Below are positions 17,391-27,399 of a stretch of 64,000 nt of DNA, one piece after another. Positions within the stretch are counted from its first letter, which is position 1; every line of letters begins with the position of its first letter. Source of the stretch: an uncultured Eubacteriales bacterium (GTDB taxonomy: Bacteria > Bacillota > Clostridia > Christensenellales > CAG-138); contig CADBYI010000010.1 in NCBI GenBank assembly GCA_902798825.1, forward strand, positions 16,518 to 80,517. The letters run 5' to 3'. The notes beneath the pieces are model-generated. The model had not been told where the DNA came from. It did no database searches and saw only the letters and a program-made list of their open reading frames with translations. Made by a program: the position numbers and the translations under genes.

Positions 17391-18348
17391 CATCCTCTCT
17401 TCCATCCTCACCACTTCCTTTGCGGCCTCCATCATCCGCATCATGGTACCCATCCTGTTCGCAGCATTGGCCGCCTCGGTGACGGAAAAGGCCGGCGTGG
17501 TCAACATCGGTCTCGAAGGGACCATGTCCCTGTGCGCCCTCATCGCGGTGACCTGCGCCTGGAAGAGCGGCAGCACCCTGGTGGGTGTGCTGGGCGCCAT
17601 GGCCTTGGGCGTGCTCCTGTCCCTCATGATCGGCTTCTTCGCCTTCAAGTTCAAGACGGACATCATCCTCTGCGGTATCGCCGTGAACACCCTGGGCGAG
17701 GGCGGTGCGGTGCTGCTTCTGTACCTGCTCACCGGGTCCAAGGGCGACACCCAGACCGTCATGGGCGCCTGGAACCTGCCCCGGGTCACCGTCCCCCTGC
17801 TCTCCAAGATCCCCGTCATCGGCGAGATCTTCTTCACCAACCAGTCCATCCTGACCTATGTGGCCTTTATCTGCGTGCTGCTGGTCTGGATCCTGCTCTA
17901 CAAGACCCCCCTGGGCATCCGCATCCGGGCGGTGGGCGAAAACGATCACGCCGCCGACTCCGTGGGCGTGGGCGTGTACAAGATCAAGTACATCTCCCTC
18001 GTCATTTGCGGCCTTCTCTGCGGCATGGCCGGCGCTTATATGTCCATGAGCTACATGACCATGTTCTCTAAGGGCATGATCGCGGGCCGCGGCTTCATCG
18101 CTCTTGCAGCCCAGGCCATGGGCCGGGGCGAGCCCGTGGGCGTCATGCTCTCCAGCTTGCTCTTCGGCTTTGCCCAGGCCTTGGCCAACTACGTGAAGGG
18201 CACCAACTTGCCCGCCCGGCTGGTGGAGGCCCTGCCCTATGTGGTGACCATCCTCGGCATCACCATCTATGCCATCTCCACCTTCAACAAGACCCGGAAG
18301 ATCCGGGCCCGGCAGGAGAAGAAAGAGCAGAAGAAGGCGGCGGCGTAA
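17383..18348 (+). CDS. ABC transporter permease (BMP system, second permease)
   Basis: ATG 17383 preceded by AAAGGAGG; overlaps the upstream gene by 8 nt. Polytopic membrane protein. Confidence 0.85.
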   Translation: MSNILSSILTTSFAASIIRIMVPILFAALAASVTEKAGVVNIGLEGTMSLCALIAVTCAWKSGSTLVGVLGAMALGVLLSLMIGFFAFKFKTDIILCGIAVNTLGEGGAVLLLYLLTGSKGDTQTVMGAWNLPRVTVPLLSKIPVIGEIFFTNQSILTYVAFICVLLVWILLYKTPLGIRIRAVGENDHAADSVGVGVYKIKYISLVICGLLCGMAGAYMSMSYMTMFSKGMIAGRGFIALAAQAMGRGEPVGVMLSSLLFGFAQALANYVKGTNLPARLVEALPYVVTILGITIYAISTFNKTRKIRARQEKKEQKKAAA

Positions 18349-18349
18349 G

Positions 18350-19291
18350 ATGGAGCAGCGCAAGAAACCCATCCCTGTCATATTGGACGGCGACCCGGGC
18401 CATGACGACGCCATCGCCTGGGTCCTGGCCAAATCCAGCCCCCTGCTGGACATTCGGGCCTGCACCTCCGTGTGCGGCAACCAGACCATCGAAAAGACCA
18501 CCTACAACGCCCTGCGTATCTGCACCCTCATCGGCAACCATGCCCCCTTCGGCGTGGGCCGGCCCCGCCCCCTGGTGGCGGAACCCATCGTGGTGCCCAC
18601 GGTCCACGGCAAAAGCGGTCTGGACGGTCCGGTGCTGCCGGAGCCCGATTTTGAGCCCTGCGGCCTGGACGCCCCGGCCCTGATGGAGAAGGTCATCGAG
18701 GAAAGCATTGATCCCGTGACCATCGTGCCCACGGGCCCCTTGACCAACGTGGCGGCTTTGCTTTTGACCCGGCCGGACCTGAAGAAAAAGATCGCCCGCA
18801 TCTCCCTCATGGGCGGCGGCATCGCCTACGGCAACTGGACCCCCGCGGCGGAGTTCAACATCCTGGTGGACCCGGAGGCGGCCAAGATCGTCTATGAAAG
18901 CGGCATCCCCATCTTCATGGCGGGCCTGGACGTGACGGAGAAGGCCCTGGTCTTCCCCGAGGACTTCGAACGTATCCGGGCCGTGGGCAACAACGTGGCC
19001 CGGGTGGTGGCGGAGTGGCTGGAGTTCTTCTACGGCTTCCATCGGAATCTGGGCTATCCCGGCGCGCCGGTCCACGACGCGGTGGCCGTGGCGGCCCTCA
19101 TTAAGCCGGAACTGCTGACCTTCAAGGACCTGTACGTCCAGGTGGAGACAAAGGGCGACTACTGCAAGGGCTGCACCGTGGGCGACTGGTACAGCGTTTT
19201 GGGCAAGGCCCCCAACGTCTCCTGCATCATGGACATCGATCGGCAGGGCTTTGTGGATTTGCTGGTAGAGGCGGTGAAGACCTATGACTGA
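18350..19291 (+). CDS. Nucleoside hydrolase (IUNH family)
   Basis: ATG 2 nt after the permease stop. N-terminal VILDGDPGHDDAIAW aspartate cluster (DxDxxxDD). Confidence 0.9.
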   Translation: MEQRKKPIPVILDGDPGHDDAIAWVLAKSSPLLDIRACTSVCGNQTIEKTTYNALRICTLIGNHAPFGVGRPRPLVAEPIVVPTVHGKSGLDGPVLPEPDFEPCGLDAPALMEKVIEESIDPVTIVPTGPLTNVAALLLTRPDLKKKIARISLMGGGIAYGNWTPAAEFNILVDPEAAKIVYESGIPIFMAGLDVTEKALVFPEDFERIRAVGNNVARVVAEWLEFFYGFHRNLGYPGAPVHDAVAVAALIKPELLTFKDLYVQVETKGDYCKGCTVGDWYSVLGKAPNVSCIMDIDRQGFVDLLVEAVKTYD

Positions 19292-20222
19292 TACGAAACG
19301 CATCCCCCTATGGCTGGATACGGACCCCGGCGTGGACGACGCCATGGCCATGGCCCTGCTGTTCGCCCTGCCCCAATACGACGTGAAGGGCGTGTCCGCG
19401 GTGGCCGGGAACGTGGAGCTTGAGAAGACCTTCCAAAACGCCCGTGACCTGGTGGCCTTCTTCGGCCGCAAGGACGTGCCTGTGTACCAAGGCGCAGCCC
19501 GGCCCCTGTTCCGGGAGCCCCGGACGGCCTATTTCGTCCACGGGGAGAACGGCCTGGGCAATGTGCAGCTTCCTGCCTCCGACGCCCCCGTGGAGAAGCT
19601 TCCCGCCTGGGACGCCCTCTATGAAGCGGCCAAGGCAGCCGACGGCGAACTGATCCTGGTGGCCGTGGGGCCCCTGACCAACATCGCCCTGGCCTTCAGC
19701 AAGCACGGCTCCCTCCACAAGCTCCTGAAGCGGATCGTCATCATGGGCGGCTCCGCCTCCTGGGGCAACGCCAGCCCCGCGGCGGAGGCCAACATCCTCT
19801 GCGACGCCGAGGCGGCCAGCACCGTGTTCCAAAGCGGGGTCCCCATCGTGATGTGCGGTCTGGATATGACGCTGAAAACGGTCATGACCCCGGCGGAGCT
19901 GGACAGGATGGGCCAGCTGAACCCCACGGCCAAGTTCCTTCGGGACGCGGCCCAGCACGGCCTTGCCTATTCCCAGGCCCACGGCATCGACGGCATGGCC
20001 CTCCATGACCCCACCGCCGTTCTCTACCCCCTGTACCCGGAGCTGTTCTCCGGGGAGGAAGCGGGGGTGGCCGTGGAGACCAAGGGCACCATCACCTACG
20101 GCAAGACCGTCACCGATCTCTATTCCGACAAGCAGTTCCCCTTCAAAAACGCCCTGGTCCTACTAGACGTGGACCGGGAGAAGCTCGTCGAGACGGTCAT
20201 GGATCTGCTTCGGCGGTACTGA
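19284..20222 (+). CDS. Nucleoside hydrolase (IUNH family), second paralog
   Basis: Overlaps the upstream gene by 8 nt. WLDTDPGVDDAMAMAL motif; same fold length (312 aa). Confidence 0.9.
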   Translation: MTDTKRIPLWLDTDPGVDDAMAMALLFALPQYDVKGVSAVAGNVELEKTFQNARDLVAFFGRKDVPVYQGAARPLFREPRTAYFVHGENGLGNVQLPASDAPVEKLPAWDALYEAAKAADGELILVAVGPLTNIALAFSKHGSLHKLLKRIVIMGGSASWGNASPAAEANILCDAEAASTVFQSGVPIVMCGLDMTLKTVMTPAELDRMGQLNPTAKFLRDAAQHGLAYSQAHGIDGMALHDPTAVLYPLYPELFSGEEAGVAVETKGTITYGKTVTDLYSDKQFPFKNALVLLDVDREKLVETVMDLLRRY

Positions 20223-20296
20223 ACCGAAACGAACACAGACGCAGCGGCGCACGTCGGCCCGCCGGACCGGGGTGCGCCCCTTTCACAGGAGGCCCC

Positions 20297-23200
20297 ATGA
20301 ACGGCACACGGAACCAAATGCAGCGACACAAGCAGAGGATGCCCTACCTTATTCGGCGGGTCCTTTGCTGCGCCGGGCTGCTGCTGTGCTGGTGGGGGCT
20401 CTTCGGCTGCGCGCCGGAGGAGCCGCCCCTCGTCATCAGCGAGGTGGTCTCCTCCAACAAGCTTTCCTATCCCGACGAGGCGTTGGGCTCCCCGGACTGG
20501 GTGGAGCTGTACAACCGGTCCGATCGGGAGGTGGATCTGGCCGGCTTCATCCTGACGGACAAGCAGGACAGCTACGATCTGGGGAACCTGCTCCCCAGCC
20601 GCCGGATCCCGGCCCATGGGTTCGTGGTCCTCTACGCCAAGGCGGACCTGAAATCGGATGATTTCGTCCTGCCCTTCGGCCTGTCCAAGGGCGGCGATAC
20701 CCTGTGTTTGCTGAACGCCTCCGGCACGCTCCTGGAGCGGCTGGAGATTCCGGCCCTGCCCCAGGACGTGTCCTATGCCCGGCGGGCGGACGACACCTTC
20801 GGCTATTGCCTGCTGCCCACCCCCGGCCAGGAAAACGACGGGGAGATATCCGACGTTTGCCCCGAGGTCGAGACGGCTGGACCGGCGGAGGAGACCCCGC
20901 CGGCGGACTCCGAGATCGACCTTCTCTTCAACGAGGTCGTCTCCAACGATCTTGGCGACGGGGCCTTCGGCGGCAGCGACTGGATCGAGGTGTATAACCC
21001 CGGAGACCAGGACGTTTCGCTGGAGGGGTTTTTCCTGTCCGATCGGGAGGACAAGCCGGACAAGGCCCCCCTGCCTGCGGTGACGGTCCCGGCGGGAGGC
21101 TATGCGGCCATCCCCTGCATCCCGGGGGAGGGCGGCGTCGACATGGGCATCTCCTCGGCGGGGGAGACGTTGCTCCTCTATGACAGCGCCCTTGCCAAGG
21201 TGGACAGCCTGACGGTGCCGGCCCTTATGGACGGCCAGTCCTGGGCCAGGAACAAAAACGGCGTCTTCGGCTACTGCGGTCAGCCCACCCCAGGGGAGGA
21301 GAACGAGGACGGGCGCATCGGCATCGAGCCCCTCTGCCCGGCGGACGAAAGCTCGCCCCTGCTCATCAGCGAGGTCCTGTTCCGCAACACCTATTCCATC
21401 ATCGACAGCTACGGGGACCACGCCGATTTCGTGGAGCTCTACAACGGGGGCAGCGAGCCTTTGGCCCTGGGGGAATACTACCTTAGCGACGATTTTTCCC
21501 AGCCCCTCAAGTGGCGCTGCCCGGAGGCCACGTTGGCGCCCGGCGAATACTATCTGATCTTTTTGACGGGCCATGATTCCACGGACAGCGAGGTCCATGC
21601 CCCCTTCTCCCTTTCGTCCCGGGACGAGGGATTGATGCTCTTCCATCGCAGCAGCCGGACCTACCGGCGGATACCCCTCTCGGATCAGATCCCTAAAAAC
21701 ACCTCCCTGGGTCTGCTGCCCGACGGCACGATCCGCTACTATAAGTACCCCACCCCCGGGGCGCCCAACGCCGCCGCGGTGGAGGACTTGGCCCTGCTGG
21801 CCGCTTTTCCGGTGACGGATGTGCACATCAGCGAGGTCAGCGCCGCCGGAGAGGGCGGGGACTGGGTGGAGCTGTTGAACGGGTCCGACCGCCCCTGCGA
21901 TCTGGCGGGCTGGTATCTGACGGACAATCGGGCGGGGGAGCCGCGGCAGCCCCTGTCCGGGACCCTGGCGGCGGGGGCCTATGCCCTCGTTTCACCGGAA
22001 GCCTTCGGCATCGCCGCCACGGGGGAGACCCTTTTTTTGTATGACGGGGAGGGGCATCTCCGGGATCTGTTCGACACCGGCGCCCTGGATCGGGCGATCA
22101 CCAGCGGCCGCCTGCGGGACGGGACCCGGGGAAGGGTGTTCTTCCTGGAGGCCACCCCGGGGGCGGGCAACAGCGCCGCCTACGCCCTGGGCCGGACCCC
22201 CGCGCCCCTGGCTTCGGATGCGACATTGTATCACGAGACACCCTTCACCCTGACCCTCCGCTGCGCCGATCCCCTGGCGGTGATCCACTACACCCTGGAC
22301 GGCAGCGAGCCCACGGCGGCGTCCCCCGTCTATGAGAGCCCCTTCACCGTGTCTGGGAACACCACCCTTCGGGCGGTGGCCAAGAGGGAAGGGTACCTTG
22401 AAAGCCAGCCGATCACGGCCACCTACCTGTTCGAACCTCCCCACACCCTGCCGGTGGTGTCCGTCGCCTGCGACCCCGCCGCCTTCAAGGCCTTCACCCA
22501 GGTGAAGACCATCGGCCGCTACCCCCACACCGACGCCCAGATCACCTTCTATGAGGCGGACGGCAGCTGGGGCACCACCTTCCCGGCGGATATCAATCCC
22601 CGGGGGAATCAGTCCATCAAGTACCCCCAGAAGTCCCTGTCCCTTCACCTTAGGAACCGGCTGGGCCAGGGGACGGTGAACTATCCCTTCTGGGGCCCGG
22701 GCACGTCCCTGGACTACGGTACGCTGATCCTCCGCAACGGCAGCCAGGACTACCCCAAGGCCCGGCTGCGGGATTCCTTCGCCCTCAGGGCCGTGGAAAA
22801 CCTTTCTCTGGACAGCGCCCGGACCCGGCCCGTGATCGTGTACGTGAACGGCCAGTATTACGGGATCATGGACCTGAACGAGGGCATGAACCAGGATTAT
22901 CTGGTGACCCATTTTCAGGCGGACCCGACGAAGATCAGCCACGTGTCCACCAACTCCACGGTGCGTTACGGCCAGAACGACGATTTTCTCCGGGTGCGGG
23001 CCTATGCCCGGGGGAACCCCTTCTCCGACGACGGGGTGCTGCAGACCTTTTCAGCGTGGGTGGACGTGGACTACATCACCGACTATCTGGTGGCCCAGAC
23101 CCTGTTCTGCAACTACGACATCAAGAACCAAAGCTACTGGGCCACGGAGGACTATGCCGTCCGCTGGCGGCCGGTGTTCTACGATATCGACCGGTGCTTC

Positions 23201-23623
23201 ACGGACGGGTCCTCCAACCGCAATATGTTCAACGGCTATTTCAACAAGCGGGGCGTGGTGTACGATCAGACCGCCGGCAAGGTGGCCAACATGGACCTGT
23301 ACGCCTATCTTCGGGACAACCCGTCCTGGTGCGACAGGTTCCTCCGCCGGTATGCGGAGCTATTATGCACGGACTTCTCCGTGGAGCGGCTTCAGTCCCT
23401 TCTGGACGAGATGGCGGCGACCCTTCGCCCCGAGATGGAGCGGCACATCGCCCTCTATCACGCGCCTGCGTCCATGAAGGAGTGGGAAAAATACATTGCC
23501 TCCATGCGGGAGGAGATCCCCAAGCGGCACAAGGCCGTCCAAGAGCAGCTGCGCGGGGAGTTTCACCTGTCTTCGGCGGCGTGGGACGAGATCATGACTG
23601 AAGCGCAAAAGAATGCAGAATAA
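20297..23623 (+). CDS. CotH kinase-family lipoprotein with four lamin-tail domains (LTD) and a chitobiase/FN3-associated-type domain
   Basis: Lipobox WGLFGC. Four I(S/N)EV....DW(V/I)E(L/V)YN......L.G(F/W/Y).L(T/S)D modules. IHYTLDGSEP...Y..PF.V..NTT(L)RAVA domain. C-terminal LILRNGSQDY...RLRDSF...VIVYVNGQYYGIMDLNE and NYDIKNQSYW...FYDIDRCF are CotH-like. Confidence 0.8.
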   Translation: MNGTRNQMQRHKQRMPYLIRRVLCCAGLLLCWWGLFGCAPEEPPLVISEVVSSNKLSYPDEALGSPDWVELYNRSDREVDLAGFILTDKQDSYDLGNLLPSRRIPAHGFVVLYAKADLKSDDFVLPFGLSKGGDTLCLLNASGTLLERLEIPALPQDVSYARRADDTFGYCLLPTPGQENDGEISDVCPEVETAGPAEETPPADSEIDLLFNEVVSNDLGDGAFGGSDWIEVYNPGDQDVSLEGFFLSDREDKPDKAPLPAVTVPAGGYAAIPCIPGEGGVDMGISSAGETLLLYDSALAKVDSLTVPALMDGQSWARNKNGVFGYCGQPTPGEENEDGRIGIEPLCPADESSPLLISEVLFRNTYSIIDSYGDHADFVELYNGGSEPLALGEYYLSDDFSQPLKWRCPEATLAPGEYYLIFLTGHDSTDSEVHAPFSLSSRDEGLMLFHRSSRTYRRIPLSDQIPKNTSLGLLPDGTIRYYKYPTPGAPNAAAVEDLALLAAFPVTDVHISEVSAAGEGGDWVELLNGSDRPCDLAGWYLTDNRAGEPRQPLSGTLAAGAYALVSPEAFGIAATGETLFLYDGEGHLRDLFDTGALDRAITSGRLRDGTRGRVFFLEATPGAGNSAAYALGRTPAPLASDATLYHETPFTLTLRCADPLAVIHYTLDGSEPTAASPVYESPFTVSGNTTLRAVAKREGYLESQPITATYLFEPPHTLPVVSVACDPAAFKAFTQVKTIGRYPHTDAQITFYEADGSWGTTFPADINPRGNQSIKYPQKSLSLHLRNRLGQGTVNYPFWGPGTSLDYGTLILRNGSQDYPKARLRDSFALRAVENLSLDSARTRPVIVYVNGQYYGIMDLNEGMNQDYLVTHFQADPTKISHVSTNSTVRYGQNDDFLRVRAYARGNPFSDDGVLQTFSAWVDVDYITDYLVAQTLFCNYDIKNQSYWATEDYAVRWRPVFYDIDRCFTDGSSNRNMFNGYFNKRGVVYDQTAGKVANMDLYAYLRDNPSWCDRFLRRYAELLCTDFSVERLQSLLDEMAATLRPEMERHIALYHAPASMKEWEKYIASMREEIPKRHKAVQEQLRGEFHLSSAAWDEIMTEAQKNAE

Positions 23624-23627
23624 AACA

Positions 23628-23664
23628 CGGCCCCTTTCCCGAAAGGAAAGGGGCCGACTCGTTT
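23628..23664. terminator. Bidirectional intrinsic terminator
   Basis: cggcccctttcc-cgaaa-ggaaaggggccg 12-bp stem, then ..gtttt. An A-run precedes it for the minus-strand gene. Confidence 0.8.
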
Positions 23665-23669
23665 TGGCG

Positions 23670-24254
23670 CTATAGCATTTGGGCGGCCTGGGCGGCCCGC
23701 TCACAGGCGTCGGCCAGGATGGCGGGGGTCTTGGCGGGGTCCATATCCACCCCGTCGGCGGCGACGCAGCGGTAGACGCCGGTGCCGAAGAAGGTGCACA
23801 TGGCCTCCATATACCGTGAGCCCATCTCTTCGGGGCTGCCGTCGTAGAAGCCGCCCCGGCTGGTGAGGAAGGTCATGCTTCCGGCCCGGCAGGCGCCCCG
23901 CAGACCCTTCTCGTCGCAGAGGAAGGTGATGCCGTCCACGGACACGTTTTCGATGTAGACCTTCAGCAGCGCCGGAATGGACAGATCGTAGAAGGGGGCG
24001 GCGATGAGGATGGCGTCCGCCTTCTGGAACTGCCAGGCATAGTCGAACCGGCGGTGGTGAAGGTCTCCCCTCGTGAGGAGCTCGTCCCGCTGCAAAAAGC
24101 CCCCTTCCATCAGGGGCAGCAACGGCTCGTCCATCAGCGTGACGGTTTCGACCCGCCAGCCCTCCGGCAGATTCTTCAGGAACGCCTCCGCCAAAAGGCG
24201 GGTGCGGGACTGTTCCCGTCGGATGCAGCAATCCACATATAGCAACGTCTTCAT
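23670..24254 (-). CDS. Flavodoxin-like-fold NAD(P)H-dependent oxidoreductase (AzoR / ACP-phosphodiesterase-like)
   Basis: 194 aa. MKTLLYVDCCIR...SRT..L..AF start and KADAILIAAPFYDLSIPALLK motif of FMN-dependent reductases. Starts 1 nt after the ADH stop. Confidence 0.6.
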   Translation of the reverse strand: MKTLLYVDCCIRREQSRTRLLAEAFLKNLPEGWRVETVTLMDEPLLPLMEGGFLQRDELLTRGDLHHRRFDYAWQFQKADAILIAAPFYDLSIPALLKVYIENVSVDGITFLCDEKGLRGACRAGSMTFLTSRGGFYDGSPEEMGSRYMEAMCTFFGTGVYRCVAADGVDMDPAKTPAILADACERAAQAAQML

Positions 24255-24255
24255 A

Positions 24256-25296
24256 TCACGGTACCAGCGCGACCTTGATCACGCCGTCCTCCTTTTTCTC
24301 GAACAGGTCGTAGGCTTTCATGGCGTCCGCAAGGGGATAGCGGTGGGTGATGAGGAAGCTGGGGTCCAGCCGCCCGGCCTGAATGAGCTTCAAAATCTCC
24401 TCACACTTGTTCCCGTCCACGCCGCCGGTCTTGAAGATCAGATTCTTGCCGTACATTTCGGGCAGGGGCAGGATTTGGGGCTCGTCATAGAGGGCCACCA
24501 CGCAGACCACCGCGTTGGGCCGGGCGATCCGCCAGGCCAGCTCAAAGGTGGTTTTGGCCCCGGCCACCTCCAGCACCGTGTCCGCGCCACGACCTTCCGT
24601 CAGGGCTTTCACCTCCGCCTCCACGTCCGAGGTCAGGGGGTTCAACACCACGTCCGCCAACCCCTTTTCCTTGGCCAGGCGGAGCCGCGTTTCGTCGGTG
24701 TCGATGGCGATGAGGGTGGCGGGGCTGTAGAGCCTACAGCTCATGAGGGTGCACATGCCCGTGGGACCCGCGCCGATGACGGCCACGGTGTCGGCGGGGC
24801 GTATCTCACCCAGCTCCGCGGCCCAATAGCCCGTGGCCAGGATGTCGCCGGTGAACAGAGCCTTTTCGTCGCTGATCCCCTGGGGGATGGGGGTGAGGCC
24901 GTTGTCCGCGAAGGGCACCCGCACATAGGGGGCCTGGCCCCCGTCGATGCGGCAGCCCAGGGCCCAGCCTCCGTTTTTGTCGGTGCAGTTGTTCACGAAT
25001 CCCCGCTTGCAGAAGAAGCACTCCCCGCAGAAGGTCTCCACGTTGGCGGCCACCCGCATGCCGGGCTGCAGCTTCTTCACGCCGGCGCCAACCTGCTCCA
25101 CCACGCCCACGAACTCATGGCCCACGGTGGTGCCGGGGACGGCCCGGGGCACGCTGCCGTGCTTGATGTGCAGATCGCTGGAGCAGATGGAGGACAGCGT
25201 CACCCGCACGATGGCGTCCCTTTCGTCCAGGAGCTTGGGCAGGGGCTTTTCCAGCAGGGCAAAATCCCCCTTGCCGCGATAGACAACAGAAAGCAT
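24256..25296 (-). CDS. Zinc-dependent alcohol dehydrogenase (MDR family)
   Basis: 346 aa. GHEFVGVVEQVGAGV zinc motif, structural-zinc Cys cluster CGECFFCKRG..NNC, Rossmann VIGAGPTG. Confidence 0.85.
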   Translation of the reverse strand: MLSVVYRGKGDFALLEKPLPKLLDERDAIVRVTLSSICSSDLHIKHGSVPRAVPGTTVGHEFVGVVEQVGAGVKKLQPGMRVAANVETFCGECFFCKRGFVNNCTDKNGGWALGCRIDGGQAPYVRVPFADNGLTPIPQGISDEKALFTGDILATGYWAAELGEIRPADTVAVIGAGPTGMCTLMSCRLYSPATLIAIDTDETRLRLAKEKGLADVVLNPLTSDVEAEVKALTEGRGADTVLEVAGAKTTFELAWRIARPNAVVCVVALYDEPQILPLPEMYGKNLIFKTGGVDGNKCEEILKLIQAGRLDPSFLITHRYPLADAMKAYDLFEKKEDGVIKVALVP

Positions 25297-25501
25297 ATTC
25301 GATACACTCCTTTACAGGTTGCCTTAACCATACCACATTCGAACCGCTTCTTCAAGGCGGAGGCACAGAATATAAAGGGGATATGTGGGCGGGGCAAGAA
25401 TGCCCCTCCGGCAAAAGGTTTACGCGTTATTAACCTCCAGGTCGCAATTCTGTGACATCTTTCGGTATAATATAAGCTGTAGTTTTATTGTGGAGGCGTA
25501 T

Positions 25502-26431
25502 ATGAACGATCCTAAAGGCATCCTGGACGAAGTGAAGAAAGCGGTGGTGGGCAAGGACGGCGTGCTGGTCATGGCGCTGCTGGCGATCCTGGCCGGGGGC
25601 CATATCCTGCTGGAGGATATCCCGGGCGTAGGCAAGACCACCATGGCCCTGGCCTTCTCCAAGGCCCTGTCCCTGAAATACAACCGGGTCCAGTTCACCC
25701 CGGACGTGCTCCCCTCGGATATCGTGGGCTTCTCCGTGTACAACAAGGCCACCGGTGCCATGGAGTATAAGGACGGGGCCATCCTTTGCAACCTGTTTTT
25801 GGCGGACGAGCTGAATCGGGCCACCAGCCGCACCCAGTCCGCTCTTCTGGAGGCCATGGAGGAGCGGACCGTCACCGTGGACGGGGTCACCCACCCGGTG
25901 CCCGATCCCTTCGTTGTCATCGCCACCCAAAACCCCGTGGGGGCCTCCGGCACCCAGCTGCTGCCCGATTCCCAGATGGACCGGTTCATGGTCCGCCTGT
26001 CGTTGGGATATCCCAAGCCCTCCGACGAGAAGGAGATGCTCTCCCGCAAGCAGCAGGGGAACCCCCTGGACACGGTCCGCTGCATGGCGGACAAGGGGGG
26101 GCTGGCCTCTATGCGCCAGGAGTGCGAGCGGACCTACGTCAGCGACAAGATTTTGGAGTACATCATCCGCCTTAACAACGCCACCCGCAGCGACCCCGCC
26201 ATCCTTCAGGGGGCCAGCCCCCGGGCGTCCCTGGCGGTCACGTCCATGTCCAAGGCGGCGGCCTGGGTCCAGGGCCGGGACTATGTGCTGCCGGCGGACG
26301 TGAAGCTGATCTATCCCGCCACCGTGGCCCACCGGATCATCCTGACCCCCGACGCCGAAGCCGCCGGTCGAAAGGCGGAGGCCGTCGTGGACAGCATCCT
26401 CAAATCCATTCCCGCCCCCGTGGCCAAATAA
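25502..26431 (+). CDS. MoxR-family AAA+ ATPase
   Basis: ATG 25502 preceded by GGAGG. GHILLEDIPGVGKTT Walker A, LADELNRA Walker B, ATQNP sensor. Confidence 0.9.
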   Translation: MNDPKGILDEVKKAVVGKDGVLVMALLAILAGGHILLEDIPGVGKTTMALAFSKALSLKYNRVQFTPDVLPSDIVGFSVYNKATGAMEYKDGAILCNLFLADELNRATSRTQSALLEAMEERTVTVDGVTHPVPDPFVVIATQNPVGASGTQLLPDSQMDRFMVRLSLGYPKPSDEKEMLSRKQQGNPLDTVRCMADKGGLASMRQECERTYVSDKILEYIIRLNNATRSDPAILQGASPRASLAVTSMSKAAAWVQGRDYVLPADVKLIYPATVAHRIILTPDAEAAGRKAEAVVDSILKSIPAPVAK

Positions 26432-27399
26432 TGAGCAGCCGCCGGTTGGTATATCTCACCGGTCTTGTCATGGGCGCGGTGTTCCATAGCCTGTACGGAC
26501 AGTATCTGTCCTATATTTTGCTGCGCTTTTTGATCGTGCTGCCCTTCGTGTCCCTGCTGGTGAGCCTGCCGGCCATGCTGCGGGTCCGGGTGCGCCTTTC
26601 TGCCTCCGGCGCCTCCCCCCGGGGGGAGAAGGCGGCGGCGAAGCTTAAAATCGACAGCCGGTTCTTTCTGCCCGTGGGCTGTCTTTCGCTGACCTTCATG
26701 GGGGAGAACAAGTTCACCGGCGACAAGGTGGACAAGCAGAAGTTCCGCTATTGGGGCGTGCAGAAGGCGGAGGAGGACCTGCTGCTGCCCAGCGAGCGCT
26801 GCGGGGTCATCTCCTGCAGTTTGGGCCGGGTCTGGGCCTGGGATTATATGGGCATCTTCGCCATCCCCGTGCGCCGGTGCGACCCGGCCATTTATACCGT
26901 GCTGCCCATCCCCCAGGAGCCCAAGCCCATGCCGGAGCTGGACCAGGACTCTGCCATCACCCTGAAGCCAAAGCCCGGCGGCGGCTACTCCGAGGAGCAC
27001 GAGCTGCGGCCCTATCGGCAGGGGGACCCCCTGAACGTGATCCACTGGAAGCTTTCCTCCAAGCTGGACGAGCCCATCGTGCGGGAGCCCCAGCTCATGC
27101 AGCGAAAGCGGATCGCCCTGTCCGTCACGCCCAAGGGCGGCCCCAAGGAGCTGGAGAGCCAGTTGGATCAGCTGCTGTTTTTGAGCGAGAGCCTGATCGA
27201 AAAGGGCATCCCTCATCGCATCTGCTTCGGCGGCCACATGGAGGCGTATATCAAGGATAAGAACAGCCTGGACGAGTTTCTGCTCATGATCCTCTCCGTC
27301 CAGCCCGACGGTTCCCGGGGCCCCGTGGACCGGAACAAATCCGACGAGCTGGTATACTCCATCCGGCCCGCGGGGAGAGAGGGGGCGAAGCGGAAATGA
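26431..27399 (+). CDS. DUF58 domain protein
   Basis: TAATG overlap with moxR. Two N-terminal TM helices. LRPYRQGDPLNVIHWKLSSK matches the DUF58 R.Y..GD....I.WK..A core. Confidence 0.8.
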   Translation: MSSRRLVYLTGLVMGAVFHSLYGQYLSYILLRFLIVLPFVSLLVSLPAMLRVRVRLSASGASPRGEKAAAKLKIDSRFFLPVGCLSLTFMGENKFTGDKVDKQKFRYWGVQKAEEDLLLPSERCGVISCSLGRVWAWDYMGIFAIPVRRCDPAIYTVLPIPQEPKPMPELDQDSAITLKPKPGGGYSEEHELRPYRQGDPLNVIHWKLSSKLDEPIVREPQLMQRKRIALSVTPKGGPKELESQLDQLLFLSESLIEKGIPHRICFGGHMEAYIKDKNSLDEFLLMILSVQPDGSRGPVDRNKSDELVYSIRPAGREGAKRK

